64,000 nt of DNA. It comes from an uncultured Gammaproteobacteria bacterium. Its GTDB lineage: Bacteria > Patescibacteriota > Patescibacteriia > Patescibacteriales > UBA12465. Positions 57,045 to 64,000 of the stretch are shown here, piece after piece (the first letter of the stretch is position 1; the number at the start of each line of letters is the position of its first letter). Location of the stretch: contig CAZPPL010000004.1 of the NCBI GenBank assembly GCA_964588465.1, forward strand, positions 13,182 through 77,181, read 5' to 3'. The position numbers and the translations under genes are program-made. Below the pieces are notes generated by a model. That model worked only from the letters and a program-made list of their open reading frames with translations. It was not told the origin of the DNA and searched no databases.

Positions 57045-57653
57045 ATGAATACTAATCGGAAAAATATTGGGATTTTACTCATCGTTTTAGGACTCGTTCT
57101 AATTATTATAATTGTTTATTTTGCTTTCCTAAAGGTAGCTAAAGCCCCAACGAGAGCTCCAGTTGTATCAACTACTACCAGCGTTAAGCAACTGCCTAGT
57201 GTAGTGTCTTCCAGTTCTGGACAGTCTAATTCCTCTCCAGCTACCTCAGCCCCTGAACTTTCTAAACCCACAGTTCATAAAGTAAGTGCTGACGATTTAG
57301 GCAAAATTGCTATGGCCTTTAGTGGTCGTTTAGGCTCTTTTTCTAATCAATCTACTTATAATAATATTAGTAATTTAGGAATTTTAATGACTGATAGTAT
57401 GCGGTCCTGGTCTAAAACTTATATAACTAGATTGAGCAAAGAACATAAAAATAGTGGAATTTTCTATAGTATAGTGACTCACCCTCTATTATTCACCGTT
57501 GATAGCTTTAATCGTGATAGCGGTAAAGCACAAATTACCGTTACCACCCAGCGCCAAGTGCAAGGTAGTCAAGCCTATAATCAAAAGATTAGAATAAATT
57601 TTTTGAGAGTAAACGGAAAGTGGTTGGTAGATGGAGCTTATTGGTTAAAATAG
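57045..57653 (+). CDS. N-terminally anchored protein, possibly VirB8-like (NTF2-like ectodomain)
   Basis: It has a TM helix (IGILLIVLGLVLIIIIVYFAFL), an S/T/P linker and a ~130-aa domain ending ...KIRINFLRVNGKWLVDGAYW. This architecture and the position after VirB4 resemble VirB8/PrgL/TcpC-type proteins. Inference only. Confidence 0.35.
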   Translation: MNTNRKNIGILLIVLGLVLIIIIVYFAFLKVAKAPTRAPVVSTTTSVKQLPSVVSSSSGQSNSSPATSAPELSKPTVHKVSADDLGKIAMAFSGRLGSFSNQSTYNNISNLGILMTDSMRSWSKTYITRLSKEHKNSGIFYSIVTHPLLFTVDSFNRDSGKAQITVTTQRQVQGSQAYNQKIRINFLRVNGKWLVDGAYWLK

Positions 57654-57715
57654 AAAAGTTCTCGTAGTTAATAACGAATTAATATAGATTAATAATTCAG
57701 ATTAAAATATCTCGT

Positions 57716-59065
57716 ATGAGTTCCTCAATTAAAACTATTTTTGTTTGTAGTAATTGTGATGCCCAATTTCCTAAGTGGAGTGGGCGTTGTTTGGAATGTG
57801 GCTCTTGGGGAACTCTGACTGAGCAGACTAGCGACGCGCAAAGCCTTAATAAAGAATTAAGTAAAAAAATAATTGGAGCAGATATTATTGATTTGTCAGC
57901 AATTAGCGCCGTATCCTTAGAGCGTATTATAATAGGTATAAAGGAAATTGATCGAGTTTTGGGCGGGGGACTAGTTCCGGGTTCTTTAGTATTATTAAGT
58001 GGTGAGCCTGGTATTGGTAAATCTACACTAGTAGCCCAAATTGCTTCTGCCGTAGGAAAACAACATCCAACTATGTATGTCAGTGGAGAAGAGTCTGCTA
58101 TTCAAGTAAAGATGCGTCTGCAGCGTCTTAAATGCTCTTTAAATAATTTAAAGTTTGTTTCAGAAACTAATGTAGAAAAAATTATTGCCAGTGCTTCTAA
58201 ACTGCATCCCGATATTCTAATTATTGATTCTATTCAGACTGTATATTCTAGTTTAGTTCCAGCAGAAGCTGGTAATATTTCCCAAATTCGGATTGCTACC
58301 GTTAAATTTTTAGAATTGGCTAAAGAAAATAATATTGTAGTTGTGCTAATTGGTCATATTACCAAAGATGGGCAGGTGGCTGGTCCTAAGTCTTTAGAGC
58401 ACATTGTAGATACTGTATTGTACTTAGAAAATGAAACTAATAATAATTATTGTCTGCTAAGAGCCACTAAGAATCGTTTTGGTTCGGTTAATGAATTAGG
58501 AGTTTTAGAAATGACTGGAGTTGGTTTTAAGGAGGTGAAGAACCCTAGTTTAGTTTTTGTAGAAGAAGGTTTTAAAAATATTTCTGGTTCTGCTATAGGT
58601 TGTCTTTTGGAGGGGACTAGACCCTTTTTAGCAGATCTGCAAGCTTTAGTGACTAAAACTATTTTTGGTTATCCAGTTCGGAAGACTAGTGGCTTTGATC
58701 TTAATCGTCTTCAAGTGTTAAGTGCAGTTATTACTAAGCGAACCAAAATAAATTTGACCGCTCAAGATATTATTTTAAATGTTGTGGGTGGTTTAAAAAT
58801 CAGTGACCCGGCTTTAGATTTAGCCGCGGTTGCTGCTATCATATCCTCTTTTCTTAATAAAACTTTTAATCGTCAGACTTTAATTTTAGGAGAAGTCGGC
58901 TTAGGGGCAGAGATTCGTCCAGTCTTTAAATTGGCTCAACGCTTGAAAGAAGCCGAACGTTTAGGTTTTAAAACTGCGGTTATTCCTCAAGGAGAAGTGA
59001 AGGCTAGTAAATTAAAATTGGTGCAGATAAAGGATTTAGCAGACTTGGTGAGGATTATAAAATAG
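57716..59065 (+). CDS. radA: DNA repair protein RadA/Sms
   Basis: The N-terminal zinc ribbon is CSNCDAQFPKWSGRCLECGSWG and Walker A is GEPGIGKST. The KNRFG motif and a Lon-like C-terminal domain are present. Confidence 0.93.
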   Translation: MSSSIKTIFVCSNCDAQFPKWSGRCLECGSWGTLTEQTSDAQSLNKELSKKIIGADIIDLSAISAVSLERIIIGIKEIDRVLGGGLVPGSLVLLSGEPGIGKSTLVAQIASAVGKQHPTMYVSGEESAIQVKMRLQRLKCSLNNLKFVSETNVEKIIASASKLHPDILIIDSIQTVYSSLVPAEAGNISQIRIATVKFLELAKENNIVVVLIGHITKDGQVAGPKSLEHIVDTVLYLENETNNNYCLLRATKNRFGSVNELGVLEMTGVGFKEVKNPSLVFVEEGFKNISGSAIGCLLEGTRPFLADLQALVTKTIFGYPVRKTSGFDLNRLQVLSAVITKRTKINLTAQDIILNVVGGLKISDPALDLAAVAAIISSFLNKTFNRQTLILGEVGLGAEIRPVFKLAQRLKEAERLGFKTAVIPQGEVKASKLKLVQIKDLADLVRIIK

Positions 59066-59100
59066 TATTGGATTAAACATAATATCAATAATATAAAATA

Positions 59101-59127
59101 AAGACGTTTCTAGTATAGAAACGTCTT
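59101..59127. terminator. Bidirectional hairpin terminator between convergent radA and the small minus-strand ORF
   Basis: aagacgtttc-tagtata-gaaacgtctt forms a perfect 10-bp stem. It is A-rich upstream and T-containing downstream. Confidence 0.5.
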
Positions 59128-59139
59128 GTATATCTTTTG

Positions 59140-59460
59140 TCAGGAGTATTCTTCTCCTGATCTGAGTCTTATTAAGACTCTTCGGATGGAATTATTACCA
59201 TCCTTAGCAGCTTTGTATAAAGCCGCTTTTTCTTTCACCTCGCGGTGAATTTTGCTAGCTTCCTTGAAGCTAACTCCAAATAACTCCTTGAAGAGTTTTT
59301 CAGATTCTATCCCATTATTAAGGGATAGTTCCCACACGGGTATTCTCCGCTTGTGGGTTTTTATCTTAACAAAGAACTCTCCGTTCTTTGTTCTGTAGGC
59401 TCTGATAATTAGAACCTTTTGCCCGTTGTATAGGGCGGCAAATAAATTTTTTTGACTCAT
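59140..59460 (-). CDS. Hypothetical small basic protein (106 aa)
   Basis: An ORF with no recognisable family. My hand count gives ~39% GC against ~33% for neighbouring genes. Confidence 0.4.
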   Translation of the reverse strand: MSQKNLFAALYNGQKVLIIRAYRTKNGEFFVKIKTHKRRIPVWELSLNNGIESEKLFKELFGVSFKEASKIHREVKEKAALYKAAKDGNNSIRRVLIRLRSGEEYS

Positions 59461-59593
59461 TTTTTACCTTTTCTGCCCATTAAGATGGGCTATTGTGGCA
59501 GAGCTAACTGCCTATTAAAAAATTTAATTAACTGTTCACAATAATATCCTTTATTTAGAGATTAGTCAAGGATCATCACTAATTTTCGCTAAT

Positions 59594-61630
59594 TTATTCC
59601 AAATGTATAGTTTTTTCCCAGTTTTTTAGTTTTTCCAACAAAAGAGGAAATTGTTTTAATTCTTGGTCTTTAGTCACCAATCGTTCCGCTTCCAGCTGGG
59701 CTTTATTAATATTAGTATAATCAAACAAAGAAGCAATTTGTAGTTCAGGAAAGCCACTTTGCTGAATTCCATATACTTCGCCTGCTCCTCGTAATTCTAA
59801 ATCTATTTTAGCTAGCTCAAAGCCATTATTATATTTGCTTAGAGCTTGTAAACGAATTTTAGTTTTTTCATTAAGTGATTCTGGGGCAGAAGGGAATAGA
59901 AAGCAATAAGATTGCTCTGATCCTCTGCTAATTCTTCCTCTGAATTGATGTAATTGAGCTAGACCAAAACGTTCTGCTCCTTCAATTAGCATTAGGGTAG
60001 CATTAGGAACATCAATGCCCACCTCAATAACCGAAGTAGCTACTAAAATTTGAATTTTGTTAGCTAAAAAATCTCTCATTATTTTTTCTTTCTCGCTTGA
60101 TTTCAATTTTCCATGGAGTAGGCCAATTCTTAATTCTGGAAAAATTTCTTTAGTTAATTTTTCATATTCTTGTTTCACTGATTTTACTCCTAATTTATCG
60201 GATATATCAATTAAAGGACAGACGACAAAAGCTTGGTGTCCAATTTTAATCTCTTGACGAATGAAATCATAGGCTTCAGAGCGCTCAATTTCACTTACGA
60301 TTTTTGTAATAGTTTTTTGGCTGTTGATAGGTAGTTCATCAATAATTGATAGATCTAAATTGGCGTAGAGAGTCAAGGCTAAAGAACGGGGGATTGGAGT
60401 GGCAGTTAAAGATAAAAAATGGGGAATAGTTTTGCCGTCTTGTTTAAAGTCAATAATTTTTTGTCGCTGATTAACTCCAAAACGATGTTGTTCGTCAACA
60501 ACAGCTAAAGCTAAATTAATAAATTTTATTTTATCTTGAATAAGTGCTTGAGTACCAATAATAATGTCGGCTTGACTAGCATTGTTATCGGGATGGTTAT
60601 GAGTTAATAGGGATATCCTAAAATTATATTTAGTTAATAGAGTAGTAATTAAATCATAATGCTGTTGGGCTAAGACTTCGGTCGGTACCATTAAAGCTGC
60701 TTGTCTTTTGTTCAAAACTACGTTAAGTAGAGCTAAAACAACTACTATAGTTTTGCCACTGCCTACATCTCCTTCTAACAAGCGATTCATGGGAACGGAT
60801 TTGGCTAAATCTCCTAAAATTTCCCAAGCGGATTTCTTTTGAGCTGAGGTCAATTGAAAGGGCAGATTGTCAACAAAATCTCGGGTAGCGGTTTCTTGAA
60901 ATTCAATTTTAAAAGCCAACTTATTCTTTAGTTCTTGTTTAATAATCTGTCCTTTTAATTGACGCAAGAATAGTTCACTAAAACTTAAACGTTGTTGAGC
61001 TTTTTTTATCTCTAAATTATTTTTAGGAAAATGAATTTGCTGTAAAGCAGTTTTTAGATCTAAAAGTCCCAATCTCTTTCTTATCTCCTGAGGTAGCCAA
61101 TCAGGTTCCTGATCGGCTAAGGGTATCACCGTTTTGATTAGAAAACGTATTTGTTTTTGAGTTAGATTAGCACTCAGGTGATAATTAGGAACTAAACCTT
61201 GGGTATGGATTAATTTTTCTGAATACACTTTTTCGCTTATGGGCGAAATCATGGTGAGTTGTCCATAGTTTTCAGCTACCCGTCCAGCTAAAGAAATTTT
61301 ATCACCTACTTTATAGTTTTTAGTTAGAAAGGCTTGATTAAACCAAATAACTTTTAAAGAACCAGTATCGTCATTAATTAAAGCCTCGGTTAAGTATAAA
61401 CGTCGTTTAGCACTCTTTTTATTTTGTATAATATCTATTATTCCTCTAACGCTAGCCATTGAGTTAGGGGTTAAATCAGCAATTTTTGTTTGTTTCCTAA
61501 AGTCATCATAGCGAAAGGGAAAATAAAAAAGTAGGTCATGAATTGTATTCAGACCTAGTTTCTTTAATCTAGCAGAAGTAGCTTTACCGACGCGGTGTAG
61601 TTCAGCAATTGAAGAATTCAACTTGAGCAT
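59594..61630 (-). CDS. recG: ATP-dependent DNA helicase RecG
   Basis: There is an N-terminal wedge/OB domain. Walker A is GDVGSGKT and the DEAH box is VVDEQHRFG. QLHQFRGRISRG and the TRG motif region are present. Confidence 0.93.
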   Translation of the reverse strand: MLKLNSSIAELHRVGKATSARLKKLGLNTIHDLLFYFPFRYDDFRKQTKIADLTPNSMASVRGIIDIIQNKKSAKRRLYLTEALINDDTGSLKVIWFNQAFLTKNYKVGDKISLAGRVAENYGQLTMISPISEKVYSEKLIHTQGLVPNYHLSANLTQKQIRFLIKTVIPLADQEPDWLPQEIRKRLGLLDLKTALQQIHFPKNNLEIKKAQQRLSFSELFLRQLKGQIIKQELKNKLAFKIEFQETATRDFVDNLPFQLTSAQKKSAWEILGDLAKSVPMNRLLEGDVGSGKTIVVVLALLNVVLNKRQAALMVPTEVLAQQHYDLITTLLTKYNFRISLLTHNHPDNNASQADIIIGTQALIQDKIKFINLALAVVDEQHRFGVNQRQKIIDFKQDGKTIPHFLSLTATPIPRSLALTLYANLDLSIIDELPINSQKTITKIVSEIERSEAYDFIRQEIKIGHQAFVVCPLIDISDKLGVKSVKQEYEKLTKEIFPELRIGLLHGKLKSSEKEKIMRDFLANKIQILVATSVIEVGIDVPNATLMLIEGAERFGLAQLHQFRGRISRGSEQSYCFLFPSAPESLNEKTKIRLQALSKYNNGFELAKIDLELRGAGEVYGIQQSGFPELQIASLFDYTNINKAQLEAERLVTKDQELKQFPLLLEKLKNWEKTIHLE

Positions 61631-61651
61631 ATAACGTCGTTAATTAATGGG

Positions 61652-61723
61652 TGCATCCACCAGGAATCGAACCTGGATTTTAAGCTCCGCAAGCTCACGT
61701 CCTATCCGTTGAACGATGGATGC
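61652..61723 (-). tRNA. tRNA-Arg (anticodon GCG), 72 nt, CCA not encoded
   Basis: Folded by hand on the minus strand. Acceptor is GCATCCA/TGGATGC and the D-arm is GTTC-AACGGATA-GGAC with A20. The anticodon arm is TGAGC-TTGCGGA-GCTTA. The T-arm is CCAGG-TTCGATT-CCTGG and the discriminator is A. Confidence 0.75.
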
Positions 61724-61763
61724 TAGTTTATTCTGCTGGTAGGATAAAAACAGTTTTATCTTA

Positions 61764-62315
61764 TTACAGTTTTAGCAGTTTCGTCAACTGCTCGGATAAA
61801 GGCATCTGAGTTCTTTCTAAATCTTCATCTAGGTATCTAATTAAAAAATTGCGAGTTTCTAGGGCGTCTAAACGGCGTAGAGGCAAGGATATGCGGGGAT
61901 GTATAGAATTTTTAAATTCAAAGTACAGATTCTTAATACTTTGTTTAGGTTTATAGAGGACGGAAAAATTCTTTAATCTATCGTAGTCATAGAAAGTTCT
62001 TCCAACTTTAACCCCTTCTGGTCCCAATTCCACTTTAATTTGTACCGGAGTCCGAATATCGTTAATAGTTAATATAATAGCTGAGACCACTATTATTAAA
62101 GCAAACAGAAAATTAGAATTCGTCCCCAACCAAACCAAACGCCAACCAGAAATATCAAAAAAAGAATAGCCCAGTAGCAAAATAATAATGATGCTAGCAC
62201 TTATATACCAAGCTTGGCTACGTTCTGGTTTATGATATTCAGGAACGGTCCAACGTAAGTACTGGGAATTAGTTGAGGGCATATTTTTAGCTTTAATTCT
62301 TAGTTTGACAAGCAA
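61764..62315 (-). CDS. Hypothetical membrane protein (two TM helices plus a small C-terminal domain)
   Basis: The TM segments are WYISASIIIILLLGYSFF and FLFALIIVVSAIILTI. The likely true start is the internal Met (MPSTNSQ) near 62282. Confidence 0.5.
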   Translation of the reverse strand: MLVKLRIKAKNMPSTNSQYLRWTVPEYHKPERSQAWYISASIIIILLLGYSFFDISGWRLVWLGTNSNFLFALIIVVSAIILTINDIRTPVQIKVELGPEGVKVGRTFYDYDRLKNFSVLYKPKQSIKNLYFEFKNSIHPRISLPLRRLDALETRNFLIRYLDEDLERTQMPLSEQLTKLLKL

Positions 62316-62333
62316 ATTTAGATTTTATATAGT
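62305..62333 (+). promoter_or_regulatory. Candidate sigma70-like promoter for tRNA-Ser (TTGACA-17 bp-TATAGT)
   Basis: A perfect -35 ttgaca sits at 62305..62310, with tatagt at 62328..62333. It lies about 30 nt upstream of the tRNA 5' end. Confidence 0.45.
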
Positions 62334-62364
62334 GAATTATATCATAAAAGTTTGAGAAATAAAA

Positions 62365-62456
62365 GGAGAGATGGCTGAGTGGTTGAAAGCGGCACCCTGC
62401 TAAGGTGTTATTCGGGTTAAACCGGATCGAGGGTTCGAATCCCTCTCTCTCCGCCA
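62365..62456 (+). tRNA. tRNA-Ser (anticodon GCU), class II with long variable arm, CCA encoded
   Basis: Acceptor is GGAGAGA/TCTCTCC. The anticodon arm is GCACC-CTGCTAA-GGTGT. The long variable arm contains CGGGTTAAACCGG. The T-arm is GAGGG-TTCGAAT-CCCTC, followed by GCCA. Confidence 0.85.
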
Positions 62457-64000
62457 ATTTGCGATTTTGTCAGAAACGGCAGAATTGCGAGCAGAGCAAA
62501 GCTCTGCACAAGTCGCGCTTTGCGCGAAAAGGGCTGAATTTGCAAGGATTTGCCACGCTCCGCGTGGGCAAAAAGAAATGTTTTGGGTTTGGATTTGGAA
62601 GTTCGAACCAATCTTTTTTAGAAAATCCCGAATCCCTTCGGGATTTTCTTTAGAAGCGATAGTTTTGGCTTGTTTACTGTCTTTTATAAACTTCTCGGCG
62701 AGTTTGAACCGATTATTGCTTTTTTGTTCAAAAGACTTTAATTTGTCCTTCAAAACTTGTTTTTGATTGATGAGAATATTTTTTGCTTTCTGATATTCTT
62801 TGATATTGATAACATTTTCCAAATAAGCGTTCATTAGTTTTTCTAATTTCTCATCAAGTTTTAAAAGTTCTTTTTTCGTCTTTTGTACAAAAAAGTCTGA
62901 TGATTGTGCTTTTTCTTTTTTCTCTTTCGCCAATTCATTCAACATCCAATCAGCACAATCATCAGGCAAAGAAACTTTTTGAAGTTCCTCTGCAATTTGA
63001 GATGAAATTTTTTCTTCTCTCGTAAATACATTTTGCGTGCATTTGTAATGTGGATTTTTCTTTGTGCAATAGTAGTAAACATATTCTTTTCCACTTTTCT
63101 TTATCTTTCTATCTGCTGTTATTGTATATCCACATTCTCCACAATGGAAAAATCCACGATAAAGAAAAAATTTCATCGTCTCCACTTTCTGCGGTTTAGA
63201 TTTTCTTTTCATCACTTCTTGTACTTCATCAAAAAGTTTCTTTGTAATAATCGGTTTATGCTTTCCCTCATAAAATTCTCCACCATAACGAAGAACTCCA
63301 TAATAGAATGGACTTTGTAAAAAGTATTGAAAATTTGATACGGAAAGCATTTTGCCTTTCTTGCCGACAAGTCCCAAGTCGTTGATTTTCTTTCGGAGAT
63401 TTTTCAAAGTATAGTTTCCAGTTGCGTATACTTCAAATGCTTTTTTGATAAATGGCGCTTTTTCTTTATCAATATAAACAAGTTTTGTTTTCTTATCATT
63501 CAAATATCCCAGCGGAGCCATTTGAGGCCATAAGCCATTTTTCAATTTCTGCCGATGACCTCGCTTGATATTCTCCGAAAGATTATCAACATAATATTTT
63601 GACTGTCCAAAAGCAATACTCAACATAAATTTTCCCTGCGGAGTTGGATCAAACCAGAAAGTTGGAAATTTTAGCTCTTTAATTACTCCAGTATCTACCA
63701 AATAGATAATTTGTCCACCGTCTACACTATTTCTTGCCAATCTATCAGGGTGCCAGGCTAAAATTCCCACAGCTTCGCCCGCTTCAAGTTTTTGCAACAT
63801 CTCGGCAAAGAGAGGGCGACCGGGTTTCTTGGCGGTTTGTTTTTCTACGATAGTATCTACAATCTCCAAATTTTCTTTTTTCGCCAATTCTTGCAATTCA
63901 GAAATCTGGTCGCCAATACTCCGCACTTGCCTATCTTCTGAATCAATAGACTTGCGGGCGTAGATGAAAAACTTTCTGGTTTGTTCTTTTGTGTTGTTAT
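62400..64000 (-). CDS. Large serine recombinase (resolvase/invertase N-domain + recombinase domain + zinc ribbon), 5' end at or beyond the window edge
   Basis: The frame stays open upstream of the track start through the last complete codon (63996..63998) and translates as ...FFIYARKSIDSEDRQVRSIGDQ, the catalytic-Ser region. AWHPDRLARN, the recombinase domain, CGECGYTITADRK...YYYCTKK (zinc ribbon) and a coiled-coil are present. The ORF has no stop until the TAG at 62400..62402, inside the antisense tRNA-Ser. Confidence 0.8.
   Translation of the reverse strand, partial: NNTKEQTRKFFIYARKSIDSEDRQVRSIGDQISELQELAKKENLEIVDTIVEKQTAKKPGRPLFAEMLQKLEAGEAVGILAWHPDRLARNSVDGGQIIYLVDTGVIKELKFPTFWFDPTPQGKFMLSIAFGQSKYYVDNLSENIKRGHRQKLKNGLWPQMAPLGYLNDKKTKLVYIDKEKAPFIKKAFEVYATGNYTLKNLRKKINDLGLVGKKGKMLSVSNFQYFLQSPFYYGVLRYGGEFYEGKHKPIITKKLFDEVQEVMKRKSKPQKVETMKFFLYRGFFHCGECGYTITADRKIKKSGKEYVYYYCTKKNPHYKCTQNVFTREEKISSQIAEELQKVSLPDDCADWMLNELAKEKKEKAQSSDFFVQKTKKELLKLDEKLEKLMNAYLENVINIKEYQKAKNILINQKQVLKDKLKSFEQKSNNRFKLAEKFIKDSKQAKTIASKENPEGIRDFLKKIGSNFQIQTQNISFCPRGAWQILANSALFAQSATCAELCSARNSAVSDKIANWRRERDSNPRSGLTRITP
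62457..64000. mobile_element. Probable left end of an integrated element (prophage or integrative element) inserted at the 3' end of tRNA-Ser, continuing beyond the window
   Basis: The serine recombinase gene sits directly against the tRNA 3' end. A GC-rich, palindrome-containing junction segment lies between them. Sampled lines of the recombinase gene range from 33% to 52% GC, against ~33% in sampled lines of neighbouring genes. Confidence 0.4.

Noticed and set aside
38554-57653. Interpreting the T4SS-like block as an integrative conjugative element or plasmid remnant.
   Set aside because: There is no relaxase, coupling ATPase, integrase or flanking repeats. I saw no obvious compositional shift in the stretches I sampled, and the flanks (rsmA, radA) are core genes with short gaps. 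The recombinase at 62.4 kb is separated from the block by radA, recG and two tRNAs.
62597-62609. ggaagttcgaacc, resembling a tRNA T-arm, as a possible duplicated att or tRNA remnant.
   Set aside because: Only ~8 nt match the tRNA-Ser T-loop region (GGTTCGAAT), and there is no adjoining acceptor-stem sequence. That is too short to distinguish from chance.
62405-62766. ORFs 62405-62653(+), 62467-62766(+) and 62417-62611(-), which overlap tRNA-Ser and the GC-rich junction.
   Set aside because: They overlap a confidently folded tRNA and the recombinase frame. They probably arise only because the GC-rich segment lacks stop codons.
1-64000. An alternative genetic code (UGA recoding, as in some CPR lineages).
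   Set aside because: Very long ORFs (rpoB, rpoC, leuS and the 8-kb gene) are intact under the standard code. TGA also functions as the porA stop (31537-31539).
1-64000. CRISPR arrays, rRNA genes, or transposase/IS elements.
   Set aside because: I found no regularly spaced short repeats, rRNA-like conserved blocks or transposase motifs. The only long repeat is the 367-bp gene-internal duplication.

Overview
This is a 64-kb window from a low-GC genome, about 33-35% GC in the stretches I hand-counted. It is gene-dense and reads under the standard genetic code. Long ORFs are intact, and TGA is used as a stop (for example at porA).

Gene content points to a small-genome, fermentative bacterium, probably Candidate Phyla Radiation/Patescibacteria. 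That assignment is inference only. The supporting genes are a four-subunit pyruvate:ferredoxin oxidoreductase, an ADP-forming acetyl-CoA synthetase, a glycogen synthase with a GH57 enzyme, many membrane-anchored hypothetical proteins, and T4SS-like genes embedded among housekeeping genes.

Confidently recognisable housekeeping genes are gpmA, yebC, ruvC, glgA, ftsK, murE-like, rpoB, rpoC, murJ, lepA, recJ, rnhA, porGDAB, xth, leuS, rsmA, radA and recG. There are two tRNAs, Arg-GCG and Ser-GCU.

The most interesting content falls into three groups.

1. A roughly 19-kb block (38.5-57.7 kb) lies between rsmA and radA. It encodes a Ca-binding-repeat protein and a 2,682-aa secreted, cysteine-rich modular giant protein. 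It also encodes a VirB6/TrbL-like polytopic protein with a long tail, two paralogous soluble proteins, a PrgI/VirB3-like protein and a VirB4 ATPase. The VirB4 gene is preceded by an ORF in the same frame, separated by a single TAA. A VirB8-like anchored protein completes the block. No relaxase, coupling protein or VirB11 is visible.

2. Two Cys-rich genes with a VirB2/TrbC-like two-TM hairpin are inserted between porA and porB. The first is translationally coupled to porA. The two share a 367-bp segment that is 100% identical, flanked by divergent sequence. A DsbA-like oxidoreductase heads the same operon.

3. At the right edge, a large serine recombinase gene abuts tRNA-Ser and reads antisense into it, crossing a GC-rich, hairpin-dense segment. 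This probably marks the left boundary of an integrated element that continues beyond the window.

No CRISPR array or rRNA was seen.
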